Shown: positions 46,611 through 57,207, counted from the first letter of the stretch. The stretch: 64,000 bases of DNA from Candidatus Aminicenantales bacterium (GCA_049515535.1 JBEKTZ010000005.1:124001-188000), one strand, 5' to 3'. Translations and numbers: made by a program. Notes: generated by a model from the letters alone, not told the origin.

Positions 46611-47132
46611 ATGATGTTGATTGAGATTGATCGGATACCGAGAGACGGCTTTAAAATCGAGCGGAAGTTCGATTTTCAGAGCTTGGAACTCGTCGAGGAG
46701 AACGCCGTCTTCCTCGAACCCGTCCACGCGGATATCGGCGTCAAAAGAATGGGCGATGAGATCTGGATCAAGGGCCGGATCAAGACCCGGCTGAGCTTCG
46801 TCTGCTGCCGTTGCCTGGCGCCCTTTGACTTTCCGGTCGACTCCAAGTTCGACCTGGTTTTTCTCCCCGAGGAGTTACATGGGCTCAAGGATGAGCTCGA
46901 TGATGAGGATCTCGATCAGCTTTTTTACATGAATCGCCAGATCGATATCCGGGAGGTGATCCTAGAGCAATTGAACCTGACCTTCCCTTTCAGGCCCCTT
47001 TGCGCGGAGAGCTGCGAAGGGATTTGCGCCGTGTGCGGCAAGGTTCGCCGGGACGCCCAGTGCAGCTGCACAGTGAAAAACCCGGATGAACGCTTGGAAA
47101 AACTGGACCATTTAGTGAAAGACAAGAGATAG
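46611..47132 (+). CDS. yceD: YceD/DUF177 protein
   Basis: CCRCL..PLCAESCEGICAVCG; sits upstream of rpmF. Confidence 0.9.
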   Translation: MMLIEIDRIPRDGFKIERKFDFQSLELVEENAVFLEPVHADIGVKRMGDEIWIKGRIKTRLSFVCCRCLAPFDFPVDSKFDLVFLPEELHGLKDELDDEDLDQLFYMNRQIDIREVILEQLNLTFPFRPLCAESCEGICAVCGKVRRDAQCSCTVKNPDERLEKLDHLVKDKR

Positions 47133-47135
47133 ATC

Positions 47136-47318
47136 ATGCCCAACCCAAAACGAAGACATTCTCATTCCCGGAAGGGCCGGCGCCGGGCGCACCACGCCCT
47201 CGTCGTCCCGTCCTTTTCCGTGTGCTCCAACTGCGGAGCGCCCAAACTTCCCCATCGGACCTGTCCGGAGTGCGGGTTTTACCGCGGCCGCCAGGTCATC
47301 AAAGAAGCTGAAGATTAA
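47136..47318 (+). CDS. rpmF: 50S ribosomal protein L32
   Basis: MPNPKRRHS..CSNCG..PHRTCPECGFYRGRQV. Confidence 0.97.
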   Translation: MPNPKRRHSHSRKGRRRAHHALVVPSFSVCSNCGAPKLPHRTCPECGFYRGRQVIKEAED

Positions 47319-47331
47319 AAAAGAGGCGAAG

Positions 47332-47502
47332 GTGAACATCGCCGTCGATGCCGCGGGGGAAACTTTTGACCATTCAACGGCGGCTGGGGCTCCGGGCTTT
47401 GCCCGGGGGTCCACTTCCGCCGTACTCGCCCGTGGATATAAGCCACGGGTGAGTGGCGAGTCGAAGGCTCGTCCCTTGACCGCCGTCCGGAGCGAAAGGT
47501 AA
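47332..47502 (+). pseudogene. plsX: plsX N-terminal relic fused in frame to a hairpin repeat (56-aa ORF)
   Basis: GAGG RBS and GTG start give MNIAVDAAG (PlsX starts xIAVDAMGGD) at the canonical position after rpmF; TAA abuts the fabG ATG. Confidence 0.6.
47387..47479. repeat. Triple-hairpin interspersed repeat, copy 2
   Basis: 84/93 identical to 29485-29577. Confidence 0.85.
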
Positions 47503-48243
47503 ATGATTTTTCAAGACCGGGTCTCCTTGATCACGGGCGCTTCCCAGGGGATCGGCGAGGCCATCGCCCGCGAGTTCGCGAACGAAGGCGCCACCGTCAT
47601 CCTCGTCGACATCCAGAAGGAGAAGCTCGACGAGGTCGCCCGGATGATCGTCGAGAAGGGCGGGAAAGCCGCAGTCCAACCGGCCGACGTTTCCAAGCTC
47701 GACCAGGCGACCGCCGTGACCGCGGCCGTGATCAAGGATCACAAGCGGATCGACCATCTCATCAATAACGCCGGCATCACCCGGGATAACCTTCTCATGC
47801 GGATGAAGGAGGACGAGTGGGATGCCGTGATCGCCGTGAACCTCAAGGGCCTTTTCAATTTTTCCAAGGCCGTCATCCGGGCCATGATCGGCGCCCGCTA
47901 CGGAAGGATCGTCAACCTTTCGTCCGTGGCGGGTTCGATGGGCAATGCCGGGCAGACGAACTATGCCGCCTCGAAAGCCGGCGTGGTCGGCTTCACCAAG
48001 TCGCTGGCCCGCGAAGTGGCCGGCCGCGGAATCACCGTCAACGCCGTGGCGCCCGGCTTCATCGCGACGGCCATGACGGCCGGCCTGCCCGAGGCGATCA
48101 AGAAGACGTTCATCGATATCATCCCCATGCAGCGGTTCGGCGAGCCGGGCGATGTGGCCCGCGCGGTCAAGTTCCTCTGCTCGGACGACGCCGCGTATAT
48201 CACGGGCCAAGTCCTTCCTGTCAACGGCGGGATGTATATGTAG
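47503..48243 (+). CDS. fabG: 3-oxoacyl-ACP reductase
   Basis: TGASQGIG, NNAGITRD, GNAGQTNYAASK, VAPGFI. Confidence 0.96.
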   Translation: MIFQDRVSLITGASQGIGEAIAREFANEGATVILVDIQKEKLDEVARMIVEKGGKAAVQPADVSKLDQATAVTAAVIKDHKRIDHLINNAGITRDNLLMRMKEDEWDAVIAVNLKGLFNFSKAVIRAMIGARYGRIVNLSSVAGSMGNAGQTNYAASKAGVVGFTKSLAREVAGRGITVNAVAPGFIATAMTAGLPEAIKKTFIDIIPMQRFGEPGDVARAVKFLCSDDAAYITGQVLPVNGGMYM

Positions 48244-48275
48244 AAATGATCGAAATAATTTAAATGGAGGTTAAC

Positions 48276-48518
48276 ATGGAAAGAGACGATTTACTGAAGA
48301 AAATGAAAGTGATCGTGGCGGACAAGCTGAGCATCAGCGAAGATCAGGTGACGGATAATGCCTCTTTCATCGAAGACCTGGGCGCCGATTCCTTGGACAC
48401 CGTGGAGCTCGTCATGGCTCTCGAAGACGAGTTCAGCCTGGACATCCCCGACGAGGAAGCGGAGAAGCTGACGACGGTCGGCAAAGCGATGGATTATATT
48501 CTGGGCCATGTCTCGTAA
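48276..48518 (+). CDS. acpP: Acyl carrier protein
   Basis: [28 protein letters not shown]. Confidence 0.97.
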   Translation: MERDDLLKKMKVIVADKLSISEDQVTDNASFIEDLGADSLDTVELVMALEDEFSLDIPDEEAEKLTTVGKAMDYILGHVS

Positions 48519-49788
48519 TCCGGGTGAGGACAAGAGAACCATAGCTCAGCGACGGGTTGTCATAACGGGGATCGGCTTGGTGACGCCTCTGGGCGTCGGG
48601 ATCCGGAAAAACTGGGAAGCTCTTCTGGCCGGCCGGAGCGGGATCGGAATGATCACGCGGTTCGATGCGTCCCGCTTTTCCACCCGGATCGGCGGCGAGG
48701 CGAGAGATTTCGACCCCCTCGATTTCATCGACCGGAAAGAGGCCCGTAAAATGGACCGCTTCATCCAGCTCGCCGTGGCGGCGGCCCATCTCGCCGTCGA
48801 GGATTCCGGCATCGGCCTCGGGTGCCTCGAAGGCGAACGGACCGGAGTCCTGGTCGGATCCGGGATCGGCGGGATCGGCACGATCGAGGAGACGCACAAG
48901 GTCCTCCTCGAAAAAGGGCCGGACCGCGTCTCGCCTTTCTTCCTGATCTCGACCATCATCAACGAGGCCTCCGGACAGATTTCCATCAAATATCGATCCA
49001 CGGGCCCGAATTCGGCGGTCGTCACGGCTTGCGCCTCGGGAACCCACGCCCTCGGCGATTCCTTCCGCTTGATCGCCAGGGGCGACGCGGACATCATGAT
49101 CGCCGGCGGCTCGGAGGCGTCGATCACGCCGCTTAGCGTGGCCGGATTCTGCGCCATGCACGCCCTGTCCGAGCGGAACGACGAGCCGCAGAGGGCCTCC
49201 CGGCCATTTGATGCCGAACGCGACGGCTTCGTCATGGGCGAGGGGGCGGGCATTTGCTTGCTCGAAGAGCTCGGGCACGCGATCAAACGCGGGGCGAAGA
49301 TTTACGCCGAGATCGTCGGCTACGGTATGAGCGGAGACGCTTTTCACGTCGCCGCGCCGGCCGAGGACGGCGCCGGGGCCGTGCGCGCGATGCAGCGGGC
49401 CCTGGAGGATGCCGGCGTCGACCCGGGCGAAGTCCAGTACATCAACGCTCACGGCACGTCCACGCAGCTCAACGACAAGATCGAAACGGCCGCGATCAAA
49501 AAAGTCTTCGGCGCGCACGCTTACAAGATGGGCATCAATTCGACCAAGTCCATGACCGGCCACCTCCTGGGCGGAATCGGGGGCGTCGAGGCCGGGATCA
49601 CCTCTCTGTGCATCAAACACCAGATCATGACGCCGACGATCAACTACGAAAACCCGGACCCCGAGTGCGACCTGGACTGCGTGCCGAACAAGCCGCGGCC
49701 GGCTGAAATCGTCCACGGCCTGAGCAATTCCTTCGGTTTCGGCGGGACTAACGGCGCCCTCTTGTTTCGCCGGTTCGAAGAATCATAA
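48508..49788 (+). CDS. fabF: 3-oxoacyl-ACP synthase II
   Basis: [42 protein letters not shown]. Confidence 0.96.
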   Translation: MSRNPGEDKRTIAQRRVVITGIGLVTPLGVGIRKNWEALLAGRSGIGMITRFDASRFSTRIGGEARDFDPLDFIDRKEARKMDRFIQLAVAAAHLAVEDSGIGLGCLEGERTGVLVGSGIGGIGTIEETHKVLLEKGPDRVSPFFLISTIINEASGQISIKYRSTGPNSAVVTACASGTHALGDSFRLIARGDADIMIAGGSEASITPLSVAGFCAMHALSERNDEPQRASRPFDAERDGFVMGEGAGICLLEELGHAIKRGAKIYAEIVGYGMSGDAFHVAAPAEDGAGAVRAMQRALEDAGVDPGEVQYINAHGTSTQLNDKIETAAIKKVFGAHAYKMGINSTKSMTGHLLGGIGGVEAGITSLCIKHQIMTPTINYENPDPECDLDCVPNKPRPAEIVHGLSNSFGFGGTNGALLFRRFEES

Positions 49789-49799
49789 AGAAGAATCGA

Positions 49800-49847
49800 G
49801 GGCATGGGCCAACGGCTTTTCTTTGGCCCATGCCCCCGTCTTTTATT
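49800..49847 (+). terminator. Hairpin/possible intrinsic terminator after fabF
   Basis: 13-bp perfect stem GGGCATGGGCCAA/TTGGCCCATGCCC, then CCGTCTTTTATT. Confidence 0.5.
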
Positions 49848-49859
49848 GAGGAGAGCACG

Positions 49860-50642
49860 ATGAACATTCTCGTCTTCGTCAAACGCGTGCCGGACACGGA
49901 ATCGAAGATCCGGATCAGCCGCGAAGCGCGGGCGATCGTCGAGGAAGGGCTGAACTTCGTCATCAGTCCCAATGACGAATTCGCCGTCGAAGAGGCCATC
50001 CGCCTCAAAGAAGCCAAGGGCGGACAGGTCACGGTCCTTTCCGTCGGACCCGACGAGGCCTTGGTCGTTCTCAAGAAATGCCTGGCCATGGGAGCGGACG
50101 AGGCCGTCCTGATCAAGGACGAGATCAAGGAGGCCTACGACGGCCGGCGTATCGCCGTGATGATCGCCCGGGCCGTCGAGAAAAAATATCCCGGCGCCGA
50201 TCTGCTGTTATTCGGAAAACAATCGGTCGGCGCGGACAACGCCCAGGTTCCGTCCATGGTCGCGGAGCTCGTCGGCCTGCCGCAGGTCAACGTCGTGACC
50301 AAGCTCGAGATCGAGGGAGGGGCAGGGACGGCCTGCCGGGAGATCGAGGGCGCCCTGGAAAAGGTCGCTTTTTCACTGCCGGCCGTCATCTCCGCCCAAA
50401 AAGGGCTGAACGAACCCCGCTACGAAACGCTGAAGGGCATCATGGCCGCCAAGAAGAAAGTCATCCCGGTCGTGACCCTCGAGGAACTCGGCCTGTCCGG
50501 CGACGATGTCGCGCCGCAGGTCGAAGTCGTCAAAATGGAAACGCCGGCGGGGCGCCAGGCGGGAAAGATCATTTCGGGGACGCCGGAAGAAGCCGCCCGT
50601 GAGCTCGCCCGGCTGCTCCGCCACGAGGCGAAGATCATCTGA
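49860..50642 (+). CDS. etfB: Electron transfer flavoprotein beta subunit
   Basis: KRVPDT, AVEEA, LAMGAD, GKQS..QVP, NEPRY. Confidence 0.95.
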   Translation: MNILVFVKRVPDTESKIRISREARAIVEEGLNFVISPNDEFAVEEAIRLKEAKGGQVTVLSVGPDEALVVLKKCLAMGADEAVLIKDEIKEAYDGRRIAVMIARAVEKKYPGADLLLFGKQSVGADNAQVPSMVAELVGLPQVNVVTKLEIEGGAGTACREIEGALEKVAFSLPAVISAQKGLNEPRYETLKGIMAAKKKVIPVVTLEELGLSGDDVAPQVEVVKMETPAGRQAGKIISGTPEEAARELARLLRHEAKII

Positions 50643-50653
50643 AGGAGAGGCCC

Positions 50654-51628
50654 ATGATACTCGTTTTCATCGAAACGCGCGAAGGAAAGATCAAAAAGAG
50701 CTCGATCGAAACGCTCGGGGAGGCCAAACGGCGGGCGGATGATCTCGGGACGACCTTGGGAGCCGTGCTCGTCGGCCCGGGCCTGGATGGTCTGAGTCTG
50801 CCGCTCTTTGTTTCCGGCGCTTCCCGCGTTTTCTTGCTGGAGAACGGCCAGTTCGCCCAATACTCCTCGCAGGGCTTTGCCGCGGCGCTTCACGAGCTGG
50901 TCAAAGAGATCGCGCCGCGGGCGGTCTTTTTTGCCGCGACGGCGATGGGCAAAGATCTTGCCCCGCGGCTCGCGGCCAAGCTCGGCGCGGCGGTCGCCTC
51001 GGATTGCGTGAAGATCGAGGTCAAAGAGGGCAAGCTCGAATTCACGCGGCCGGTGTACGCCGGCAAGGCGCTGCTGACGCTCAGGTTGAAATCCGCGCCG
51101 GCCGTCGCCACCCTGAGGCCGAATGTCTTCGCCCCGGCCGCCGCCCAGACCGCGGCGGGAGAAGTGGTGAAGAGGAGCGTGGAAATCCCGGATGGCGCGA
51201 TCCGAGGACGGGTCGCGGAAATCCTGAAGGAAAAAGGCGAAGAGATCGACGTCACCGAGGCCGATGTCGTCATCAGCGGCGGGCGCGGGATGAAGGGCCC
51301 GGAGAATTTCGCCCTGCTCAATGAGCTCGCGGCGATCGTCCCGCGGTCGGCCGTGGGCGCCTCGCGCTCGGCCGTGGATTCCGGCTGGATCGGCCACGCG
51401 CACCAAGTCGGCCAGACGGGGAAAACCGTTTCGCCGAATCTCTATATGGCCGTCGGCATTTCCGGGGCGATCCAGCACCTGGCGGGAATGTCGTCGTCGA
51501 AATGCATCGTCGCGATCAACAAGGACCCCGAGGCGCCGATCTTCAAGGTCGCGGACTTCGGCATCGTCGGCGATTTGTTCCAGGTGATTCCCGCCCTGAA
51601 GGCGGAACTCAAGAAATTATTCGAATAA
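50654..51628 (+). CDS. etfA: Electron transfer flavoprotein alpha subunit
   Basis: [38 protein letters not shown]. Confidence 0.96.
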   Translation: MILVFIETREGKIKKSSIETLGEAKRRADDLGTTLGAVLVGPGLDGLSLPLFVSGASRVFLLENGQFAQYSSQGFAAALHELVKEIAPRAVFFAATAMGKDLAPRLAAKLGAAVASDCVKIEVKEGKLEFTRPVYAGKALLTLRLKSAPAVATLRPNVFAPAAAQTAAGEVVKRSVEIPDGAIRGRVAEILKEKGEEIDVTEADVVISGGRGMKGPENFALLNELAAIVPRSAVGASRSAVDSGWIGHAHQVGQTGKTVSPNLYMAVGISGAIQHLAGMSSSKCIVAINKDPEAPIFKVADFGIVGDLFQVIPALKAELKKLFE

Positions 51629-51674
51629 GGGGATGCCGCGTCGTCCTTCCCCAGGGTCGTCGTCGCCCGCCCCG

Positions 51675-53276
51675 CTATTTTTTTTGCGTGTCGATGGCGT
51701 CCGGGGCGATCTGCAGCAAGAGCCGGTTCTTCTCCGACCGCTGCTCGCCGACGCTCGTGACATAGACCGCCGGATCGTCCATGACCGGGCATTTGTTCTC
51801 GCAGATCCCGCAGCCGATGCATAAATTCAGATCGACGATCGGCGCTTTCTGAGTCGCCGTCGATCCGTCCGCGAGTTTCGTTTCGACCATCACGAACTTG
51901 ATGGCTTTGGGCGAGGTCGGGCAATGTTCCTCGCAGACGATGCACGGCCGGCCCAGAAAATAGGGGAGGCAGCGGTTCTTGTTGATCCAGGCCGTGCCGA
52001 TCCTGACGTTGAGTTTGTCGGGCACCGCGAGCTCCTTGATCGCGCCCGTGGGACACACCTGCGAACACAGCGAACAATAGTATTCGCAATACCCGATCTT
52101 CGGCACGAGCACCGGCGTCCACAGGCCTTCCGGCCCGGCTTCGGTCACGGCCGGCTGGAGGCCGTTCGTCGGGCAGACTTTCATGCATTCCCCGCACTTG
52201 ACGCATTTTTGGAGGAACTCCGGCTCGGGCCGCGCGCCCGGCGGCCGGATGAGCTTTTCGTGGGCGCGCTTGGCGGCCCGCGAAATGCGGAAAAACGGCA
52301 CGGAAAAGAAGGCCAGGAAGGACGCCAGCAAAATTTTCCGGCGCGTCAGATCGACGTCCGGCGCTTTCTCCGGCGCGTTTTTGACCGGGAAGGAGATGGC
52401 CGCAGTCGGGCAGACGGCGGCGCACGTTTCGCAATAGACGCATTCCGAGCTTTTCCATTGATCGTTGGGATAGGGATGGGCCTGGGTTTGACAGTGGATC
52501 GTGCAGAGATGGCACTTGATGCACTTCTGTTCGTCGATCTTCAGCTTGCATATGTTCCACCGGCCGGCGAGTCCGAGAAACGCGCCGAGGGGGCAGAGGT
52601 AACGGCACCAGAACCGCTCCCGGAACATGTTGAGAAGGGCGAACCCGAAAAAGATCAAGCCGATCAAAAAGCCCTGCTGGAACGTCGCGTTGAGCGTCAG
52701 CTTTTCGATGAGTTGGGTGAGCGTATCGCCGGGTCCCGTCAAATGGAGGTTGTACAGGAGCCCGATCAGGAGCGATAAACCCTGGGCCAACGCCGGCAGG
52801 ACGCTCGTGACCGTCGTCCGGTAGAGAAACGACAAGGGGTCGAAGATTCCGGCCAGGTCGAGGGTGAAAACCGCGCCGACCAGGATGAAAATGAGGATCA
52901 GGTATTTCCAGGCCAGGCCTCCCTTGACGACGGTCTTGGGACGCGAGAGTTTCGTTTTCTTGAACAGCCAGGAAAAAAATTGGTGGACGGCGCCCAGCGG
53001 GCAGACCCAGCCGCAGACAACGCGCCCGAAGACGATGGTCACGATCACCGTGATGATCGCCGGGACGAAGGCGGCGAAGACGGCGCGCGAGGCGACGATC
53101 GTCGCGAGGGCCAGGAGCGGGTCGAAATGGAAAAAGCCCTCGACGTCTCCGATGACGTCCTTGCCCGTGAAATGGGTCCCGAACAGTCCATAGAGGAACA
53201 GAGCGAAGAACGCGGCCTGGACGGCGACCCGGATGAGCTGCAGCGCCCGATGCCGCTTAGACTGTTCTTTTTTCAA
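51675..53276 (-). CDS. Membrane polyferredoxin (NapH/MauN-like TM domain fused to MauM/NapG-like ferredoxin)
   Basis: [24 protein letters not shown], multiple CxxCxxCxxxCP motifs. Confidence 0.88.
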   Translation of the reverse strand: MKKEQSKRHRALQLIRVAVQAAFFALFLYGLFGTHFTGKDVIGDVEGFFHFDPLLALATIVASRAVFAAFVPAIITVIVTIVFGRVVCGWVCPLGAVHQFFSWLFKKTKLSRPKTVVKGGLAWKYLILIFILVGAVFTLDLAGIFDPLSFLYRTTVTSVLPALAQGLSLLIGLLYNLHLTGPGDTLTQLIEKLTLNATFQQGFLIGLIFFGFALLNMFRERFWCRYLCPLGAFLGLAGRWNICKLKIDEQKCIKCHLCTIHCQTQAHPYPNDQWKSSECVYCETCAAVCPTAAISFPVKNAPEKAPDVDLTRRKILLASFLAFFSVPFFRISRAAKRAHEKLIRPPGARPEPEFLQKCVKCGECMKVCPTNGLQPAVTEAGPEGLWTPVLVPKIGYCEYYCSLCSQVCPTGAIKELAVPDKLNVRIGTAWINKNRCLPYFLGRPCIVCEEHCPTSPKAIKFVMVETKLADGSTATQKAPIVDLNLCIGCGICENKCPVMDDPAVYVTSVGEQRSEKNRLLLQIAPDAIDTQKK

Positions 53277-54153
53277 GGCGCAACTTCTCCAGGTTGAATA
53301 CGCCGAAGCCTTTCTGGCCGGCGATCTTGATGAAGGGCATCTCCGCCGGCGGAATGTCCAGGAACGTCGCGCCCATGGCGTCGCAGGCGACCCAGTCCTT
53401 TCCGGCCACGATCGTCTTCAGGAGTTTTGTGTCGCTCGGCCGGCCGCCCTGCGGACCGTTCCGGATCAGGATCCGGTAAGCGTCGAGCACGGTCAGCGCC
53501 GGCTTGAAAAACGCCGCTAGGTCGACGACGGCTTGGTCGATGCTCTGGTGGAGCTGATTGCGGCTCCCGCCGACGGCGCCGAGCCAGTTCTTCATGCCCA
53601 GCGTCGCCCGGCACAGGCTGTGGTGTTTAACGATCGGGACATTGATGAGCTTGTCCACCTCGATGAAATCCTGGAGGACGTCCCATTCCTTGAGCCACTC
53701 GCCCTTGATGGCCATCTTCTTCACCCGCCGCTCGTTGATGAACGGAACGTCCGCGCCCGCTTCTTTGGCCGCGGCCTGGATGCCTGAACGGGCGTAGCAG
53801 CGCTGCGCCTGATTGGTCGTGTTGTCCATGACGATGACTTTCTTGGCGCCCGCGCCGAAGCTCAATTCGACGAGCGCTTTGACAACCTCGGGGTTCGTGC
53901 AGGCCGCCAGTTCCGGCGTCCGGTCCCAGCCGATATTGGGCTTGATCATGACCACGTCGCCCTTGGCCACGAACTTGTCCATCCCGCCGAGGACGGCGAT
54001 GGCCTCCTTGGTGATCTTGGCCGGCGAGTCGCCTTCGACGAGGGCCAGGTCCGGCGCCCCGGCCGCCTTCGCCGCCTGGTCCCATCCTTTCGGGCCGAGC
54101 CCGGCCAGGAGAGCGGCGAGCGTCATATCTTTTAGAAAATCTCTTCTCTCCAT
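53257..54153 (-). CDS. DUF362 domain protein with Tat signal
   Basis: MERRDFLK twin-arginine; IKPNIGW, TNPEVV, KHH, MKNWLG. Confidence 0.85.
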   Translation of the reverse strand: MERRDFLKDMTLAALLAGLGPKGWDQAAKAAGAPDLALVEGDSPAKITKEAIAVLGGMDKFVAKGDVVMIKPNIGWDRTPELAACTNPEVVKALVELSFGAGAKKVIVMDNTTNQAQRCYARSGIQAAAKEAGADVPFINERRVKKMAIKGEWLKEWDVLQDFIEVDKLINVPIVKHHSLCRATLGMKNWLGAVGGSRNQLHQSIDQAVVDLAAFFKPALTVLDAYRILIRNGPQGGRPSDTKLLKTIVAGKDWVACDAMGATFLDIPPAEMPFIKIAGQKGFGVFNLEKLRLEKRTV

Positions 54154-54157
54154 GGAG

Positions 54158-55342
54158 TCATCCTTTTCCGAGCGATCGTATGTAGGAGAGAACGCCCTCG
54201 TAAATTCCACGGGCGATCTGCTGGCGGTAGGCCTCGCTCTTCAGCCTCTCCGCTTCCTTGGCGTTGGACAGGTGCGATACCTCCACCAGGACCGAGGGCA
54301 TTTCGCTGCCGATGAGGGTCCAGAACGGCCCGCCCCGCGTGCCCAGGTCCTTGATCTCCGGGTATTGTTGGGAAAGATATTTTACCAGATTTTGCTGGAG
54401 TTGTTCAGCCAGCTCCCTCGATTCGATGATCCGACTGTTCTGGACGATCTTGCGGATGATCTTGTCCATATCGCCGATGGTCTTGGTCGTCGTGGCGTTT
54501 TCCCGGGCGGCGAGAGCGTTGACGCCCGGGTCGGAGCTGAAATTGAGATAGAAGCTTTCGATCCCGCGCCGCTTCTTGTCCGGGAAGGCGTTGACGTGGA
54601 TCGAGATGAAGAGATCGGCCCTGATCTGATTGGCGATGACCGTCCGGCTCTCGAGCGGGACGAGGATGTCGCTTTCCCGCGTCAGGATCACGGCGAGCTT
54701 GGTGTTGGCCTTGAGCAGGTTTTTGAGGCGGAGAGAGATGTCCAAGACCAGATCTTTTTCCTTTATCCCGTCGGCGTCGAGACAGCCGGGGTCGAGGCCG
54801 CCGTGTCCGGGATCGATGACGATGGTTTTGATGCCGAGTCCGAGCTGCCGGGCCATGCTATAGCCGGACTTGGCCGGTTGGGGAGACTGGGGTTTTGCGG
54901 CCGCGCCGCCTGCGGCCGGGGGCGGCCCCGGTTCCTGCGGGTAGATGTCGATGACGATCCGGAACGGGTCAAAGACGTGATAGACCTGGTAGCGCCGGAT
55001 CCGGCTGAAATCCACGGAGGCCGTCACGCGGACCGTGCCCGGCGCTTTCTGGGTGATCCGGATGAGATTGATGTAATCGCATTTGGACGGGATCGCCTCC
55101 TCGCGGACGATCGGGTTCAGCCGCGCCTGGAAGATATCGACGTAGATCTCGCCGGGATCGCGGTTTTCCATGGGCGCGTATTCCCGGAGCGCGCCGACGT
55201 CGACGACGATCCGGGTGAAATTCGGGTGGGTGAAATGACGGAGGTTATAGACTTCGGCGATCTGGCCCTGCGCGGAGGCGAACGGCGCGGCGAACAGAAC
55301 CGTCCCCAGGACCGCCGCGCGCCAAAATCTGATGTCCGTCAA
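54158..55342 (-). CDS. N-acetylmuramoyl-L-alanine amidase (AMIN + Amidase_3)
   Basis: IVIDPGHGG, EKDLVL, LTRESD, FISIHVNA, PSVLVEV. Confidence 0.92.
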   Translation of the reverse strand: MTDIRFWRAAVLGTVLFAAPFASAQGQIAEVYNLRHFTHPNFTRIVVDVGALREYAPMENRDPGEIYVDIFQARLNPIVREEAIPSKCDYINLIRITQKAPGTVRVTASVDFSRIRRYQVYHVFDPFRIVIDIYPQEPGPPPAAGGAAAKPQSPQPAKSGYSMARQLGLGIKTIVIDPGHGGLDPGCLDADGIKEKDLVLDISLRLKNLLKANTKLAVILTRESDILVPLESRTVIANQIRADLFISIHVNAFPDKKRRGIESFYLNFSSDPGVNALAARENATTTKTIGDMDKIIRKIVQNSRIIESRELAEQLQQNLVKYLSQQYPEIKDLGTRGGPFWTLIGSEMPSVLVEVSHLSNAKEAERLKSEAYRQQIARGIYEGVLSYIRSLGKG

Positions 55343-55394
55343 TTCCTATTAATTATATATATTCTATAGAATAAATAAACCCCGGTCTCGTGTC

Positions 55395-56600
55395 TCACGC
55401 ACCGAACTTTTTGAGCTTGCCGGCGTGGGCGAGCATGAGCGGCATGGCCAAGATCGAGCGGAACCGGCCGAGCAGGCCGTGGGCGCATTCGCGCTCGGTG
55501 AAAACGCCGATCCCGTCCGGGAGGGCCGTCGGCGCGACGAGGAGGAAGGGATTCGGATGAAACGAATGGCCTTTCATCAGGGCCGGCGTCGAGTGGTCGG
55601 ACGTGACCACGAGGACGTCGGGCTTTAGGGCCTCGAGCCGCGGAATGAAGGCGTCGATCTCCTCGATGGCCCGGACCTTGGCTTCGAAACGACCGTCCTC
55701 GCCGGCCGCGTCCGTCTTTTTGAAATGGATATAAAAGAAGTCGTGGTCGGCGTAATGGGCCTCGAGAGCGGCGAACAGCTCGGCGGTTTCAGGCCCAACC
55801 TTATAGGTCGTCATTCCGATGAGCTTGGCCAAGCCCTTATACATCGGGTAATTGGCGATGGCCGCGGGATTGAGCTTGTAGAGCTCCTGCATCCGGGGGA
55901 TGGACGGCTGGACCGAGAAGCCGCGGAGAAGGGCGGCGTTTGCCACGGGCTCATCTTTGAGGATCTTGACGAGATCATCCATGAACCGGTTGACCAGATC
56001 GGCGGCTTTGGCCGACGATGGGGCGAGAGGAATCGCCGGGACGGGAGGTTGTCCGTCTTTCTGCGGATCGGCGTCCACCAGGGCATCGGCCAGCCCCGAG
56101 GCCCTGAAGCGCACGACGAAGCGGTGCTCCTTGCCGGCATAAAGCGTGATCTCCGGATCCTTTTGGCCGGCCATCGCCCGATTCAGGATGCCGCACAGCC
56201 GCTCGCATTCGCTGGTCGGGATACGGCCCGCCCTCCGGTCGACGATGAGGCCGTTTTTGAGGGTGGCGAAATTGCCCCGCGCGACGAGGTCGCCTTCTTT
56301 GACTTCGACGTCCGAGCCGAGCGCTTCGAAGATACCGCGGCCGAGCTGGTGGCGGATCGGGTCGTAGCCGAAAAGGGCCAGGTGGGCCGGACCGCTGCCC
56401 GGCGTGATGCCCATGAAGACGGGATCCGTGAGACCGCAGCAGCCCTGGAGGGCGAGGCGGTCCAGGTTGCGGGTCTGGGCCGTTTCGAGCTCGGTCCTGC
56501 CCTGGACGGGCAATCCGCCCAGGCCGTCGATGACGAGCAGGACGATCTTCGTCTCCGTCGGAATGGTCAGCTCTTTGGCGATCTCTTCCCAAGGCATCAT
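55395..56600 (-). CDS. apgM: BPG-independent phosphoglycerate mutase (ApgM type)
   Basis: DGLGG, PGSGPAHLALFGYDP, RGNFAT, DRRAGRI, TSDHSTP. Confidence 0.9.
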   Translation of the reverse strand: MMPWEEIAKELTIPTETKIVLLVIDGLGGLPVQGRTELETAQTRNLDRLALQGCCGLTDPVFMGITPGSGPAHLALFGYDPIRHQLGRGIFEALGSDVEVKEGDLVARGNFATLKNGLIVDRRAGRIPTSECERLCGILNRAMAGQKDPEITLYAGKEHRFVVRFRASGLADALVDADPQKDGQPPVPAIPLAPSSAKAADLVNRFMDDLVKILKDEPVANAALLRGFSVQPSIPRMQELYKLNPAAIANYPMYKGLAKLIGMTTYKVGPETAELFAALEAHYADHDFFYIHFKKTDAAGEDGRFEAKVRAIEEIDAFIPRLEALKPDVLVVTSDHSTPALMKGHSFHPNPFLLVAPTALPDGIGVFTERECAHGLLGRFRSILAMPLMLAHAGKLKKFGA

Positions 56601-56606
56601 GGATTC

Positions 56607-56639
56607 ACTATAGAAGAACCCTCTTTCCCTGTCAATTTA
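56607..56639 (-). promoter_or_regulatory. Promoter for apgM (leaderless geometry), repeat copy A
   Basis: TTGACA-17-TATAGT, 6 nt before the ATG; 27/33 identical to 58155-58187. Confidence 0.7.
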
Positions 56640-56698
56640 GCGGGAGGCCGCCGGGCGCGGCTTTCCTCCCGCCCGGCCGCGGCTCCGCGGCGGAGGGT

Positions 56699-57184
56699 TC
56701 ACAGGGACAGGCCGCCGTCCTTGTCCTGATCGTGATCGGCGAGGGGATTGATTTTCGCGCCCGACTTTTCGCTGTCTTTGGCGTCCCCCTTGGCTTTTTT
56801 CTTGGTGTCCTGGTTCGCGTCGGTCATCCTCGCCACGTTGCCGCTGAAGATGCCGCCCTTGTTGATGATGAGCGAATCCGTTTTGATGTTTCCGAAGACG
56901 ATGCCCGTTTCCTTGATCTCGACGTTCCCGCTGGCTTCCATGTTGCCTTCGTAGCGGCCGATGATCATGGAGTCTTTCGTCTTGACGTCGGCGTTCACGA
57001 ATCCGTGGTTCTGAATGATGACCTGTCCCTCGACATCGAGCTTTCCCTTGACCTCGCAGTCGATCTCGATCGACTGGCCGACGACGAAGGCGCCGTCGAT
57101 CTTGGCCTTCTCGCCGATGATGGTCAGGAGCGTCCGGCCGCTGCCCTCCCGGGCTTTATTTTTTTCGAAATCATTGAAAGACAT
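56699..57184 (-). CDS. Bactofilin (polymer-forming cytoskeletal protein, DUF583)
   Basis: TIIGEKAKIDG..VKGKL..GRYEGNM..GIVFGNI..GGIFSGNV beta-helix pattern; GGAGG RBS. Confidence 0.85.
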   Translation of the reverse strand: MSFNDFEKNKAREGSGRTLLTIIGEKAKIDGAFVVGQSIEIDCEVKGKLDVEGQVIIQNHGFVNADVKTKDSMIIGRYEGNMEASGNVEIKETGIVFGNIKTDSLIINKGGIFSGNVARMTDANQDTKKKAKGDAKDSEKSGAKINPLADHDQDKDGGLSL

Positions 57185-57207
57185 GTGACCTCCTTCCGGG
57201 ATAGTTT

